NCBI GenBank assembly: GCA_022605425.2
Contig: JAKIMF020000011.1
Location: 372,001-436,000, forward strand
DNA length: 64,000 nt
Origin: Hamiltosporidium tvaerminnensis FI-OER-3-3
Taxonomy: Eukaryota; Fungi; Microsporidia
Direction of reading: 5' to 3'
This document shows, piece by piece, positions 43,761 through 58,700 of this stretch; the stretch's first letter is position 1, and the number at the start of each line of letters is the position of its first letter. Below the pieces are notes generated by a model. The model saw only the letters and a program-made list of their open reading frames with translations. It searched no databases and was not told the DNA's origin. Made by a program: the position numbers and the translations under genes.

Positions 43761-46563
43761 CATTTTATTTGGTGATGGCAAAATCGAATGGAATGAAGAA
43801 TATTTAATGTATAAATTATGATAAAATATTTACTTGAAACCATTATAAAATTTGGTATTGTTTTTATAACATTTTCTTTTGTTTAAAATAGATGGCTTGG
43901 ATGATTTTTTTTATATTTTGTTCTCAAATGTGTCGTTCTTTTATAAAGTTGTGTTATATTGATGTTTCGTGAGGGAATGCTTGATAAATTAATATGAATT
44001 TTAAAATATGATGTGAAATACCTATAAAATCTAGTTAATTAAATTCCGTTAGATAATTTTAGGTTTCTTCTTGATTCATTTCAGTATTGATATTCTATAT
44101 TAATTGATGTTTATTTATACGTTTTAAAAAACAAGCTTCAATGATTCATTTCCACGATTCTTGAATATACGTTTGTTTAAATCTTATTAATTCCTTAAGT
44201 TATGATTTTTATAAAAGTTTCATAGAAAATCTTAAAATTATATTTTTATTTTAAAATAAACTCGTTTATTGGCATGCCTCATTCCTCTACATTTATTTTC
44301 ATATATGTATCGATTACGATGTAGACTAATTGCGTATTTAATACTTACTCTATTGATTACATAAAATAAAAATAAAGATAAAATAAGCCAAACGATTCGG
44401 CTTGTAATTAATATAATAATAAAGAAAAAAATCTCGGCAAATATTAACTGAAAACATATTCATTGGACAGAATAAAATCCCTTCTATATAAGTTAAATTA
44501 TAAAAAAAAACTTTTAAAAAATAAGGCAATCAAATCTGACTGTATATGGTTAGAGAAAATTTGTTTTACAAAGTAAAGAAGAAAATTTTATCTATTTTGA
44601 AGAGGTGCTTATATTTGTAATGTCAAACGAGATTTAAAAGCAATTGAGATATTATTTATGAGGCTTTTAAAATTATATTTAATGAGCTCTCTTCGACAAA
44701 TCAAAGCGAAATGACAGTAATTTTACTACTTGGCGCAATAACCTTTGTTTAGTAAGGGTTAAAATAACATATATGATGATTTCGAAAGTGAAGCTTGGAC
44801 TTGCTTTTTTTAAAATTATTCTAGCTCCTACGATCTAAAACTGCGAATTATCTTTGGGGACATCTCTAGATTAATTATATAAGCATATAGATAGTATAAG
44901 AATTTTAAGAGATATAATTAAATTGTGAAGCTGTTGATTCTCACTTGAAAAATATATTGGTTGTAACAATTTTAACAAAATCCCACGGAAATTTTTGGAA
45001 TAGAGTTCGAACTTTTTTTAAAAAGAATGGGCGGCAGGAATACTTCAAGCTTAGATTAAAAAAAGGTTGCGAATATATTTGTTGAATGGCATTCAAGCGT
45101 TTATGTTTAAAATATATATAACCAACCGCTAAATCTGCAAACCCAGACGCAATTCATGCAAGCAAATGAATCTATCACAAGAGGTTTCCGAAGGTATATA
45201 TAAATTTGCTTCAGATATAACTGTCCATACACAATGAATTCATATATTATTACGATATATCCAAAACGTTTCGATTAGTGTTTAAGATATTTGCATCTGA
45301 GGATGTCGAGATAATTGTTATATACAATTTTTATCCGAAAAAAAGGAATAATGAATTGGTAGTAATTTTGTATTGCTGCGATTCCATATCTATTTCAATG
45401 CTATTTATAAGTCTGATAATCTTGATTGTCAAATTTAATATTTGGTTTAAGACAATATTTTTTAAAGGAGCCGTTATTTGAAATATAAGTAAGTATTTAA
45501 ATAATCTATTAACACAAAAGAAGAATGTAATAATTGGAACATTTTTTTTGGAAACGAAAGCACATTTAAAAAAATGGTTTTTAAACGAAAAGGGATGTTC
45601 AATGTGACAAGATCGAATTGTTTTCTTAAAAGATCGTATGATTTTTGAAAATGGTTTTGACACAAACCAAATCTAAGCGGTAAAACTACTAGAATGTTTT
45701 TTAAGATGATATTTTATCTACTCTCGAGCTTGTTTTTGTATATTTTCGATGAAGGTTAAACACAACAACGAAAAGAATATTGTGACAAAAGGATTACAGA
45801 AGTATTAAGAAGAATCTGATCACAATTAAAAAAGTTTTTATTCAATTATTTATATTGTAGTTTGGTTTTTTTTGGCATTTTTATTCCCCAACATTTTAAA
45901 TTTTAAATTCTTTTTTTTGTCATATGAGCAAGTTATAGACTATTAAGAACACAATAGATGTTTTCAAATTATAAAATACAATTATACTTTTAAATTTCGA
46001 TAATTTTTTATAAATATAAAAAATCAGAAATATTAAGTATTATGAAAAGAAAGAACATAAAATACATTGAAAAGGTTTAATTACTGTAATATTCAATTCA
46101 AACAATATATTTTATTAAATCAAACTATGATTAGAGTTCTTAAGTTTTTTATGAAGTCGTTTTTTAAGAATCTGTAGAATATAAGAAGAGAACTAATATA
46201 AATGATATTTGCTTAAATCTTTGCCATTTGTGATATTTACTGGTCACTTTGCTTGAAATTTTACGAATAATTCAAGTTCGGTTCTGAATACAGTAATTTA
46301 TTAAATTTGAAAAAATATTGAGAATTTTTTTTTCAATAATCAAAATTTATTTCGTTTTTTTCAAATAAAGGAGTATATAATAAGCCGTTTTGTTTTTTTT
46401 AGGTGGAATATTAATTTTTGAAAAATTTATTTTGCAAATTAACCGTAATTTCACATTTTTGATACAAATAAATCAAAAATCGCATTCTTAGTTTATCAAA
46501 TATCTTTTAGAGTAAATAATTGGTGATTATTTTTTAAATATTGTTACGAAAGCATTCCTACCC

Positions 46564-48204
46564 ATGAGGAGCTTTATATATCCGGTATTATTTCATATTT
46601 ATATTGTTACAATAATGTTTTATTTGATCCATCTATTAAAGATGACGATTATATAAGTATCCCATATAAAGCAAATTAAGCTTTAGAAGACGAATTAACC
46701 GAAATCCATCCTAATATTCCCGCAGAATATAGAAAACTACTAGTACCGAAAATTTATGCTTATGTAAAACGAATAACTCCATATTTTAATGTTGCTATGC
46801 TAAATTTATTTTGCACTATGTTAGCATCATTTGTTATGTCGAAATTATTGTGATTATGAAGACTATGATGCCAAAATAAAAAAATTTGACTTGAACATTG
46901 AGCTACTCTTTAATCTAATAAGAACATTTAAGCTTTATTGGTTGTGTAAATCCGAAGATGATTTCTATGAACAGATTCAGAAAGCAGAAGTTGGATTGAT
47001 AACTCTGGAATTCAGAAGAAAAAGAAATTTAATGGTGGTCCACTTTCTTTAAAAGACATAAAAAAGAAATCCAATGTTCCGTTACATTTAACAGAAAAAA
47101 ACAAATTTAACTATATATTAGAAGAATGTAACCTAACCCCTCGTACTTTCTCTTATAAAAATAATGCTTTTTATATCTTTAAAAAAAAAATTATAAAGAT
47201 TTATATTTCAAAGTTCATTTGTGAGATTATTTACACTAATTTTTGCAATCAAATATTATTATGTTTTTTATTTCAGTAGGATTAAATTGTTAAATGTAGA
47301 TCAAAACTATAGAATTTTTTGGAGCGAAGGGTTTGATACATGGATAAATAGTCTATACATTTGGTTTCAAGAAAATCTGATTTCAGAATTAGATACGGAA
47401 AAATATGAAAGACTATACCATCATATTTCTAAACAAACTTTTAAAAGGTTTCTAGAAATCAGAATCTAGTTCATAAAATCTTTACTTTTGAAACATATAG
47501 AACTGAATGTAGAGAAGATCAACTTGATGATTTTTTTCCAAAATATTTATTAAAGGTATACATTAGTGAAAACCAAGTGAAAATTTTTTATTCACTGTAC
47601 AAAGTTCTAACTCAATATATAAAAAAAGATTTTTCAATTTTTGTTTCTGTTGTAGTTTTTCATAAATCGCCTTCTTTGATCGAAAAAGATATCTCTACGG
47701 AAAGTTACATAAGAATTATTTTTGAAATTATATTTTTTGTTAATGTAATTGCACGAAGTTTTACAAAAAAAAATATTAAAATTGAAATTGATTCGAGAAA
47801 TAAAAAGATTTTTGTTGAAATGGAAAAGGTATTAAACGAAAAAGAATTGAATTTACTTTGGATAAAGCCAGGAATTATGTTGTAAATGGTAAAGTTTTAG
47901 AAGTACCTTTACAGATAAAAGTAATGAATTTAGCCATGTATTATATGAGGGAATCAAAGAAAAAATTATGAAAATATAAGTTTGAAGAAGATTTGAAAAA
48001 GAACAATATTGCATATGAAAATGATTTTGATAATATATTTGAAAAATATATCTTAGTTACACTTTCAAAAAAATTGAATCTATTGAAAAAAAAGAACTAT
48101 TACAAATAAATAAAGACTCTGTTTAGAACTTGGTACAAGTAAATAGAATTTTATCTTTTCTTTTAATAATTGGCATGGTGATATATTTCGTTTTAAAAAA
48201 ATAG
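46564..48204 (+). pseudogene. Pseudogene of a signal-peptide, C-terminally anchored protein
   Basis: CCC-ATG, hydrophobic MRSFIYPVLFHIYIVTI, a chain of same-strand ORF fragments (46831, 47221, 47577) and terminal RILSFLLIIGMVIYFVLKK*. Confidence 0.55.
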
Positions 48205-49892
48205 AAATTATTCAGTTTTTTATATTTTACTGTCTTTTAATTAAAAATTCTACTATTTTTTTCTATATTTGAATAAAAGTGCTCAAGTGAAAAAATCGCA
48301 AAAATTAATGATTTATATATTTCTTTTAGTTATTATAATTTGAATATCTTACTATGATTTATTTTGATGCCAATAAAAAAATATAATTTTTAGCCTACTT
48401 TAATAACTTATATCATTAATAAATAGAAACTCATCAAAGCTTTATTGAATCAACAAAAAAGTTCAGGAATTAAACCGTCTGACCTCAACATATTAGTCAT
48501 TTAAATTCAAAACTATAAAAGTAATGTGGTTTTAAGCAAACTTAATTATATGAATGGTATGGCAAAAGGAATAATTAGTTCAAAAAATAAAAATGAGTTT
48601 TGGTTTATATTATGTACATGTATTGATATAGAATTTGAAAAAACCTTCATTGGGTACAACTATAAAGTAAATACGAAATATACTTACAAATAATCCGAGA
48701 TAAACTAGAAAAATATTTCTTTATACTAAATATGTCTAAAAAAGTCTAAGAAATTGAATATATATGCCTAAGAATATATTTAAACTATATAACTGACCTA
48801 AAACGCGAAAAAATATTTTTTTATTATCATTCCGTAATTGTAAATTTTAAATAATTAGTAGAATTTTACATGCGTTTGCCAATTTTTATGAACTAAAAAT
48901 TAACAAGTATAAATTTTTCGAACATAACTCGATTTCTAGCAAAGAAAACAGCAAAAAATTTACTATTTGCAGTTTGCTGTTACAATTTTAACAAGCTTGC
49001 TTGATTCAAAATATGTCTAAAATTGGGAAATTTTTTCGTTTACATTTTTCGGATATGTAGAATCAGACTTTAACTATATTCACTGCTAGACATTCTATTA
49101 ATGTAACTCTTTTATTTTTTTACGTCTATATATTATAAATTGTTAGGATGTTGTTCAGCATTGGCGGATATTCCAAACATTTTTTTTATGATTTATGAAT
49201 ACTGTTAAATGTAATTTTTAACGACACGAAAGGCTTAATATAGAAAGTTCTTAGATAAAAATAAGTTTAAGATCAACTTAAGGAGCACAGTACCAAAGAT
49301 AAGCAAAATGTCTAACTGAAACTAAGAAATTAAGAAGCTTAAGAAATTCAAATATAAAAAAAAATAAAATAGTTGATTATAGAAATACCAAAGTAAACAT
49401 GATACCATTTGTCTGGTCTAAATATAAAATCCATATTTTTATAGGAATAAATCAAAACCAGATCAAGGATTCGATAAAGTGAATTAAGCTGATTAACTGA
49501 TGTAAACTATAAAAAATGACAAAAACTTAATTAAGCCCAGTAAGTTATGATTATATTTAAAAATGAAGCTATATGCCAGCGGCAAAAAGAATTTTCATTG
49601 TATAAATACATGTACAGTAATTATTAGAAAACCCATTCGGATTGTGTCGCGTAAAAATATAAAATTATCTATGAGAAAATTATAAAACAATTAATGTAAA
49701 CATGAATTTTTTGCTATATCAAGTATAATAAAATATTTTAAATCCTTCGTCTAGTCAATATTATTTAAAAGTTCGCCGAAAATATTCCTTTTACAAATTT
49801 ATAAACAAACCGACTATTTTCCAATAAGCCTAAAATGTATCCGGATATTATATAAAACAAAATAATTTTTTAAAAAATTATCGTGGGATATT

Positions 49893-50135
49893 CTCCACGA
49901 CACCAGGAGCAAAATTGGCTTGCAGTATTTCCTGCTCTTCGTATGAGGCGACTAGAGGGGATTAGGCCTCCATGTTGGAGTTTGACGTAGGGCCAATAAT
50001 CCACCCTTTAAAACCACCTTATTATGAAACCCAAAAGTAAATAAACACAATGGGAAAAGACCAGTTGGCGGTATTACTGAGCGAGGCCAAGGCTCGTGCA
50101 GAGCTGTAGTGCCCAGGATTAATGAATAAATGAAG
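49893..50135 (+). mobile_element. RTE-derived short non-autonomous element (5' head fused to 3' tail), copy A
   Basis: Homologous to the reverse complement of 60192-60423; ends GAGGCCAAGGCTCGTGCAGAGCTGTAGTGCC (LLSEAKARAEL*) plus a TGAA-like tail. Confidence 0.75.
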
Positions 50136-53100
50136 CATAGTTTGATTAACGATTCGGGTTATTTGTTTATACTAAAAATTTCTAGATGTTTTGGCATATC
50201 ACAGTCGCAGTGCTTAACTATTCTCTGGATTTTTTTTTAATGCCCAAGTGCTATTTTTGTCTCATATATCAAGTAGAATTCTGGTGACATTCAGATCTAA
50301 ATTTATTTTTTATTTTCTAAAAGAAAAATTATGTATCTGGAATAAATTCGAATAAAAATAAGTATTCAATACTCATAAGGTGCACATATATCATCAAGAG
50401 TCAGATTACTATTTCAGCTACAAACCTATACTTAAGCAGTAATTTAAGATAGAAAAGCATTTGAATAATTCTTGAATTGTTACAAATAAGATTTATTAAT
50501 AATTAAAAGAAGTATTTTAAAATATAAACCAATTAGGATGTTAAATTTCTTTACAAAGCGTATTCTATTTTGAAATATGAAACAATAATCATAAAAGAAA
50601 AAAGTATAGTCATTATGCCGAATTTCCACAAGAATAAATTTTTCTTTTAAATGAAATATTCCATGTAAAGGTTATATTCTTATTCATTTTTATCCAAACT
50701 AAAACTTGTATTCGATGATTCGAATTTTAAAATTGACTATTAAAGATTCTATTTTATTATTACTTAACATAATAATATATTTTTTGATAAACACTTCTAA
50801 TATTTTAAAAATCGTTTTTTGAGGAATTAAACGCATCTAACCCAGGCTTAAACTCTATCATTTCAAATCCTAATTAAATAATCTAGATTAAATTCACACA
50901 AAAAAAAGGTTTTATGAATATATTTTATACAATCGATCTGATATAATGAAACTTCATTCATATAAATTATTACGAATAAAGAATTAATTTCTTATAATCA
51001 TCTGCGAATTTTTTTTTAAAAAAAATATTAATTCTTAAATATAGTAAACGCAGCAGAAATATATATAGAATTTATGGAGACCCTATTAAATATATATCCC
51101 ATGTTGATTTAATTAAGATTTATTCTATAAAGATATTCGATACATTAAAAACAAATGCGATTTTTACACACTATTGACATAAAGATATTTTTTAAAAATA
51201 GATTACAGTTTTACATTGGTTTTTCGATTTCTTATTTTTAGTTGCGACCTCAGTTCTCTTTACAATCAAATTGCCAAAAAAAGACGTAAATAACAAAAAC
51301 CAAATTGAATTATTTTTAATGCAAGTAAAATAGGTTTTTTTAAATATATCATCATAGGGTTTTTTTAACCATATTTCCAACAAAAACACTTTTAAATCTG
51401 CTTATAGGAAGTCTTAATCTAGTTGCATTCTTTAAATGAAGTATTTTGGTACATTATAAACATTTGAAATTCATCATGACAATATTTAACAAAATAAAAT
51501 TATTTATATGATATAAGCCTTTAACTCGTTAAATTTCTGCCGAACTCCTTCTAATTTACAACAAAAAAATAATTAAAAAAATGCACAATATTTGCTTACT
51601 TTATTATTCCCCGTCTAGTTTAGATTTATTTGACCCAAAAATTGCATATAGATTTGAATTTTCTTTTCAGAATTACATAGAATTTTTTTGCTCTTATAAA
51701 AGTATCTTTTGTTTAAGCTATAACATACAGATATTTTTACAAAAATTTAATTTTTTTTACACTTACAATACTAGTTATTCTCCACTACAATATCGCAAAT
51801 CATTAACCAAATATATTTTTAGTTAAAAAACAGGTTTCGTATACATTATAAAAACTTGAACTAATTCATTGCTTTTTCTTTTTTTTCCTACTGTTTGTTA
51901 TAAACTAAATTGTATTTGTTATTTGCTATATTTCGGTCTTTTTTTTATTCCGTTTGAATAAACCAGAAACTACAATTATGAAACATATGCTCGAAATTAA
52001 ATTATAATCATTCCTTTTCATATAAGAAAATAAATTTATGATTCTTCTAAGATTTTCAAATACAAATTTCTCAAATATATCGATGATCCAGGTATTAAAA
52101 GGGCATATCCTATAGATCAAAGGATGCAACACTAGCCAATAAAATCATGAATTAGTTCCACACTTTGTCAGTTTTAAATTTAGAATGCCTTGTTCCATGA
52201 ATCGTAAAAAATATACAAACCCACGTTTTCTGTTATATTGTAAAATCCAAAAAAACACTAGTTTTATAATCATCTAAATATTAATTAAAAGCATTTTAAA
52301 GTTGAATTACGGAAATTATTTTTTTAATTTTATATTACACGTTTTATACCATCACTTATAACATCACTCATTATAGTCTTAACATACATATCAAAATATT
52401 TCTGATTTTATTGTTCGACTTGCATTAACAAAAAAATAGTAGAAATTGTATATTATATGGTTAGAATTCTAAAGTTTGTTCACGAGTTTTGAATGTATAA
52501 GTGAATATAACGAAACCATAAAAACTCAATCATTTCAGTTATCAGAATACAATAAACCGATTTTAAATAGAGATTATGGCTTAGCTTTTCTTTGTATTAT
52601 AAGCGCCGGAAATGTATTTAAAACGAATAAAGTGCGACAACTGACAGAAACTTAAATCCGTGGCTTATAAATTATATTAACATCGAGTAAATCTAGATAC
52701 CACAAAAAAATTTACTTAGCAACTGATTTTTGCAAAAAAAACAATTCAAAACTTTAAAAAAGTCATAAAACCTTATCATATACAAAATAGGCATAAAAAA
52801 TTAGCTGGTAAATAGATATATCTGATCAATAGAATAAACTTATAAAATCTTAGCCGAACAGAAGAAGTATAAAACACGTTTAAAGGTTTTATGGTATCGA
52901 ATTTACTCAATACAAACTAAAAAAATTTATGTAAATCTTTGAACTATAATTCTAGTGTAAGGCAGGAGAATAAACTTTTTTATCACCAATAGGGCTTTGG
53001 ATTTGAATATTTCGCAATAAACACAATGTAACTATTACTACAGAGTTGCTTGAATATAAATTCTGCAGTTATTAATATCCTAATTTTTGCATTTTTTAAC

Positions 53101-55045
53101 TTAAAGTGTATGTCTTACAGCATAGCCGAGAGATGAGAAATAATTTTGTTTCACATTTAAAAGACAGATTCAATATAGATATTTTTTATTTAAAAATATG
53201 AACAATAAATTTTCATTTGAAAAGAGACCATGGAATCTTGAAAAATTTATTTATTTCCAGATTTTTGGCAGAAATCATATCGAATTAAAGTATATTTTAG
53301 AGAAAAAAGTCTATCGCAATGTAGCATAGATGTGATTTATTAAATAAAAGCCAAATATTGTTTTTATATTATGCCTAAAAAATTTATACTTAAAAAATAT
53401 GACATAGAATATGGAAATATAAATTAACGAAAAAAATAAAAATAGCATATTCGAACTTATCTCTAAAAATCTATGTTAATTTCCGATATATTCTTAAATC
53501 TTAATAGAACCGTACGCCTAAATACAGAGACAATTAACAATTTTTTTTTCGAAATATACTTATTTTTGTTCTTAGAACAATATATTTGATGTTATTAAGA
53601 GATTAAAAGTTTTTTTCCAAGAAATAGTATAATCTAAATAGCAATAAATAAACCGCTTTAAATTTAAGCACTGAAACATCGAAAAATATTTTTTACATGG
53701 GTTTATTACACATGATGGGAACAAAAAATTAAAAAACCACATCAAATATATTTAAATGTTGTAAAGAATATCTTTATATATAGCAGTAGCCCAAAGTAGC
53801 AAACAAGGAAAAAAATTCAATATTAATTCTAGTATAGTATGTCTAAATACCTTTTTAACAAGAAAAAGGACATATTAGACAATAAAATAAAACCAAATAT
53901 TTTTAAACGACAAAGATACTTTTTTTTGCAAAATACTAAAGCTTAAAAAGAGACATAATTTCTGCCAACTATGACACATATCAATAAGCCGTAGAATTAA
54001 TTATAAAATATACGAGTAAGAGATAGCATCCAAGACATATTCATACAAACATTGTACGCAAAGATTGAGACATTTCTTATGATTAACATGCTCGAACAAC
54101 GATTGGTATAAAAATGTCAGGATCAAAGTATTAGAAATTTGTACCTATTGTAACGTATTTTTTTTCTGTGCTTTTATTATAAAACACAATATATAATGCA
54201 TTTCAACTATCAAACTCTTTAAAAGAGGAAATTTGGGAGTCTATGTAAAATTATAATTTATCTTTTACAAAAGTATGGTCTATATTTTTATAGTATAAGC
54301 CCCAAAAAAATCACAACTAGTAATTTTTTGTGTATTTTATACATAATTCTGAAACACGAAAGTAACTTGCCAAGAAAAATATATACGATACTGATTTTTC
54401 GCCTTCGATAGAGTTATAGAAAACAAGATTAAAAATAAAAAAACTTTTTTTACCTTTCATTAAAAGTCCAAAGTTATTCAAAAAGATAAAATAATAATGT
54501 CTTCACCGGCGAATAAATATTAGAATCGAAGCAAAATCCGGAATGATAGTTCAGGTCTCTATTTAATATCTACGAAATATATATCGGTGCTTATCTGAAG
54601 CACGTTAGTCTAACAAGATTACAGAGTTTGATTCAAAAGCCTATTTTTTTTGATTGGCGATTAAAGTTTAATTATTTGGCTTGAATAAGAAATCTAAAGG
54701 TTTTAGAGTGGGCAAAAAATATATAATTATTACAAAACCATAATATTCCTTTTGATTTTAGTAGAATAAAAGATTGCATGTAAAATATTTCTTAAAAAAC
54801 GAAAAACTCTGTGGATCTACGTTAACCAGAATTGCGCGGAGAAATTAAGCTGAAATATTTTTTTTTGGAGTTATATTATAGAAATTAGAACGCCGAGACA
54901 AAAAAAATGAGAATATAATAGTCTAAATAAAAGACGAAGCAATAGCGACACTTGTTATATCTGTATTTTATACCCAGATCCTTAAAATATTGGAATTGCA
55001 GATTTAACAATCAAAATATGCATTTATGTAATAAAACTAGCTGAT

Positions 55046-55788
55046 AAATATAAGGAACTTTATTTAAAAGTATCACATCTTTTTAAAATAGTGGCAAGTG
55101 TTATATTTGGTTTCATGACATTAACGCAGTTCTAGGTTTAACATAAATGACTGCTACCCCAACACTCCATCGGTAACCCCTGCGATACCTACGTCCCAAA
55201 GCTTTTCATCTACCAGGTGTGTAGAACCCAATTAATAGGCGAGGCAGTTGCCCGGAGTTCGTTAATGTCCGTTGCATGGAGTGTGATCGAAGGCCGAAGC
55301 CCCCCCTGGGCTCCCCCAAGACTATGCAGCATTCCCACTGCCTCTACACTTTCGGAACCCAATAAACTTCTAGCCAAGATATATTTCAGAGATTTACATG
55401 GGGTCCACCTAGACAGTGCAATGTCATACCAACAGGTATAACCTGCTACTTAGCTCTCCCGGCTTTTAATGGTTTTTTTTTTTTATATATCCCAGGCGCT
55501 AAGTCTTCTAACCCGAGTGAGCAAGGCTAGGTTTCCATGCTTTTACATGGCAATTACCTACATGTTCAGCTGCGGTCTGCAATCTGGTTACATAAAAAAC
55601 TACAAATAAATTTGTAGAAAAAGTTTCTCCATTTCTTAGACCTCTTCTCCTCATAAAAACTCCCAAAGAACAACCGAAGATGTAGTGTGGTTGTATTCCC
55701 ACCAAAAATCCAAACAATGACCTCACACCTGTTTCACACACTCATTGCCAAGCAGAAAGTTTTTTATGTGGTTATCCTCCCTCCACTA
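55046..55788 (-). mobile_element. Structured non-coding retroposon, copy 3 (full length, 743 bp, 13-bp TSD)
   Basis: AAAACTAGCTGAT at 55033-55045 and 55789-55801; near-identical to copy 1. Confidence 0.9.
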
Positions 55789-58700
55789 AAAACTAGCTGA
55801 TTACAACTAAATATATTTAATAAAAATTGCCAGAAAATAGCTATATATGAAAATATATGCAATTTGCATTAAAATTCAAAGGAAAAAAGTAAATATGTCT
55901 AAAATACTCACAGATAAAATTTTTTATTAGGTCAAATTACCTCCAAGCCTTATTTACAAAAATAAAATTTGTACTGCGATATGACTCCTCCTTAAAAAAA
56001 TTCTCTTTTAAAGATAAAATGGTAAATCTTATTTCTATTCTCTTTTGGGCATATTTGAGTTTCCGAGATTCAATTTCTCTACATGTATGTAAAAAAAAAC
56101 TGAACTTTTATCGATTGACAGGCATATAAAATCGTAAATTCTATTGCCTTTTTTCGACAGTTTAGGTTTTAGAAGTTGTATCGCTTGAAATACACTACGG
56201 TAAAATTATAACATTTAATGTATGGTTTGATAGTGACTATTAACTCCCACTTAGTGATTTATTTCCTAATACCTTTTTTCCAACTTTAGTTTTTCGACTT
56301 ATTAATAGCCCAAAATTAATTTAAGCCAAGATATAATTCATAAATTGGAAATTTATCCTTGAGCCAAAATTCAAAATATTTATCTTATACCTAAAAGTAA
56401 ATTTTAGTCGGAAACTAACAAATATTATAAAAAATACTCTATGTTCTAATATTTTATTAAAAATTTCACTTCGGTGTTAATGGCAAAGACAAAAAAATCT
56501 ATATTGTGTAATATTAAACTATATTTTTAGAAATCAGGATTAAGAATATAGAATTATATTAGGAATCAAATATGTAAATAAACTAATATACGGGTCAAAT
56601 TTCTAAGAAAAATTCTATCAAAGAAATTTATTTATTTAAAATGACAAAAACAATAAAGTCGCAAAACAACAACCAAAGACCAACATCTAGTGTAAAAATC
56701 AAGGTAAGAAATCAAAATTACGTTAATACGCGTAATTTAACAGGATAATAGCTATAATAAAATGATTAAGCTTCTATATATTTTTTGGGTACAAGTTGTG
56801 GGCTTTCCTGCAATTTTCTGTGGATTTATTTAAAAGCCCACATTCTTTAAATAAATTGATAATGTTAGTATAAATTTTGCTAAGAAACGATTAATACTGT
56901 GATCTTATAAAGGCATGAACAAAAAAATGCTTGATTTTATCCTAGTAATAAATTTATGGTCACTTTATTATAAACCAATATCAAGTTGCTACAGTGCGAA
57001 AAGATGATGATTATAAATATGCAAATGCAAAACAAAGATTTATTATTTAAAATTTATAATCTTTGAGAATTTTTTCATGCATCGACAGCCAACATCAAAA
57101 TTACAATTAATATAAAATTCGATACAATATAAGTGCTAATTTTCTAAACATATAAAACATACTATAAAAATTTAATAGCAGAATATTAGTATTAAAAATC
57201 CTACCAAACAAGTTTTTTATATAATTGCAAGAAATCTCTTGAAAAATGATTTGACAGTTTTCTAATAGCGAAAAACTTATTTGTAAAAGCCATGATTTCC
57301 CATATATTACACACGAAGATAATTGTTGATTATATAATTCATTTTTTTGTTAAGAATTACCGTCATCAACTAAGTTTTTAATTTCTAGCTCTGCGATTTC
57401 TAAAAAAATAAATTAAAATTTAGAATCGTATGTGCGAAATGAGCTTTAAGAAACGGTTGTATAGAATAATCCTAGGAAAATCTTATATTTTGTATAAGTA
57501 ATGAATTTTAGTTTTCAAATCAGTTTATGTTTTTTAAAATTATCGCAAGACGAATGTTTCTAAAATTTAATTCAAAAAGTTTAAAAAAGCAGTAGAGAAG
57601 CTACAAACATGCTCAAAGATATGAAACTTTATAATATTCAGCGAGTTTCTTTGAATAAAACGATTTAAGTGGATATTTGACGGCGTGGATCGATAAATTT
57701 ATACTTTTTTATACATAAATACACTTTAAAAAATCATCATATCTCAATTTTTAAGAATTTTCTAGACATGTATGAATATAATGTTTTATATTTTATACAC
57801 ATTAAAATGTGTTATATAAAATTCTTGATATATTTTAAGGGTCTAAGACCGAAGAAAATTGTATAATTAGGGTAAGATTTATTGCTGTGAACACATCGTG
57901 ACAAAAGTAAATATTCGTAATTCTTGACTAAAAAAGCATAAGACAAGAGTACACTTGCGCAATAATAATTCATTATTTACTTTTGACTTTAATAATTTTA
58001 GTTTTCGCATTTTTTTCAAATAGTTTAAATATATATTTTTAGAAAAAGTAAAACAAAAAGTCATCACTATGTAAGCGTTTTTGATTAGACAAAAATATCA
58101 AAATATGTTAGTGATTTAATACATGTAGATACACTCAACCAATAAAATTAGATTTTTAGAACACTGTTCGATGCAAATTACTTTCTTTGTTGTTTAGGCT
58201 TAAGCTAAAAATCAAAACTCCTTTTAGAAAAACACGTTCGATAATGAAATGTTATACCTATACAAATAAATGTTACTGTTCCAAAAGTATAAACTATTTT
58301 TAATAGCTTCCATGGTCTAATATCACAATATTTCTATTTCTTCTGTTTATGAGTACTTCTTTTACAGTAGACGTTTTTTACTTCTAAAACCTGCTCTTAT
58401 AAATACATTAATTCGTCTTCTGTGAGTCAAAAAAGTACACTGTTTATAACGAAATAATCTTTTACCTTTTAATCAGTCTAATTTATCAGAATTTGAGTTT
58501 TATGCATGCTTACCCAATTAAGTTATACTTATTTAAACAAAGTATTTATAAAAAGGTGATAGACTTTCTACATCTTACACTCTTCCAAGATATAAATATT
58601 TCAAATAGAATACAAGTCATGAACTCCGTCAACGCCATTTATCTAAATAAAACATGTTTCGTAGCAACAAAAAAGGTAAAAAGAGCGTGACCTACAAAAA

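Noticed and set aside
55170-55260. Twister-like TAACCCCTGC...GTCCCAAAGC
   Set aside because: No downstream GAGGG pseudoknot partner, not conserved in copy 2, and on the strand opposite the poly(A).
55217-55741. Short ORFs in the 740-nt element (also 1344, 1504, 29877, 30259)
   Set aside because: Mostly non-ATG starts, on both strands, with frames and stops not conserved between copies.
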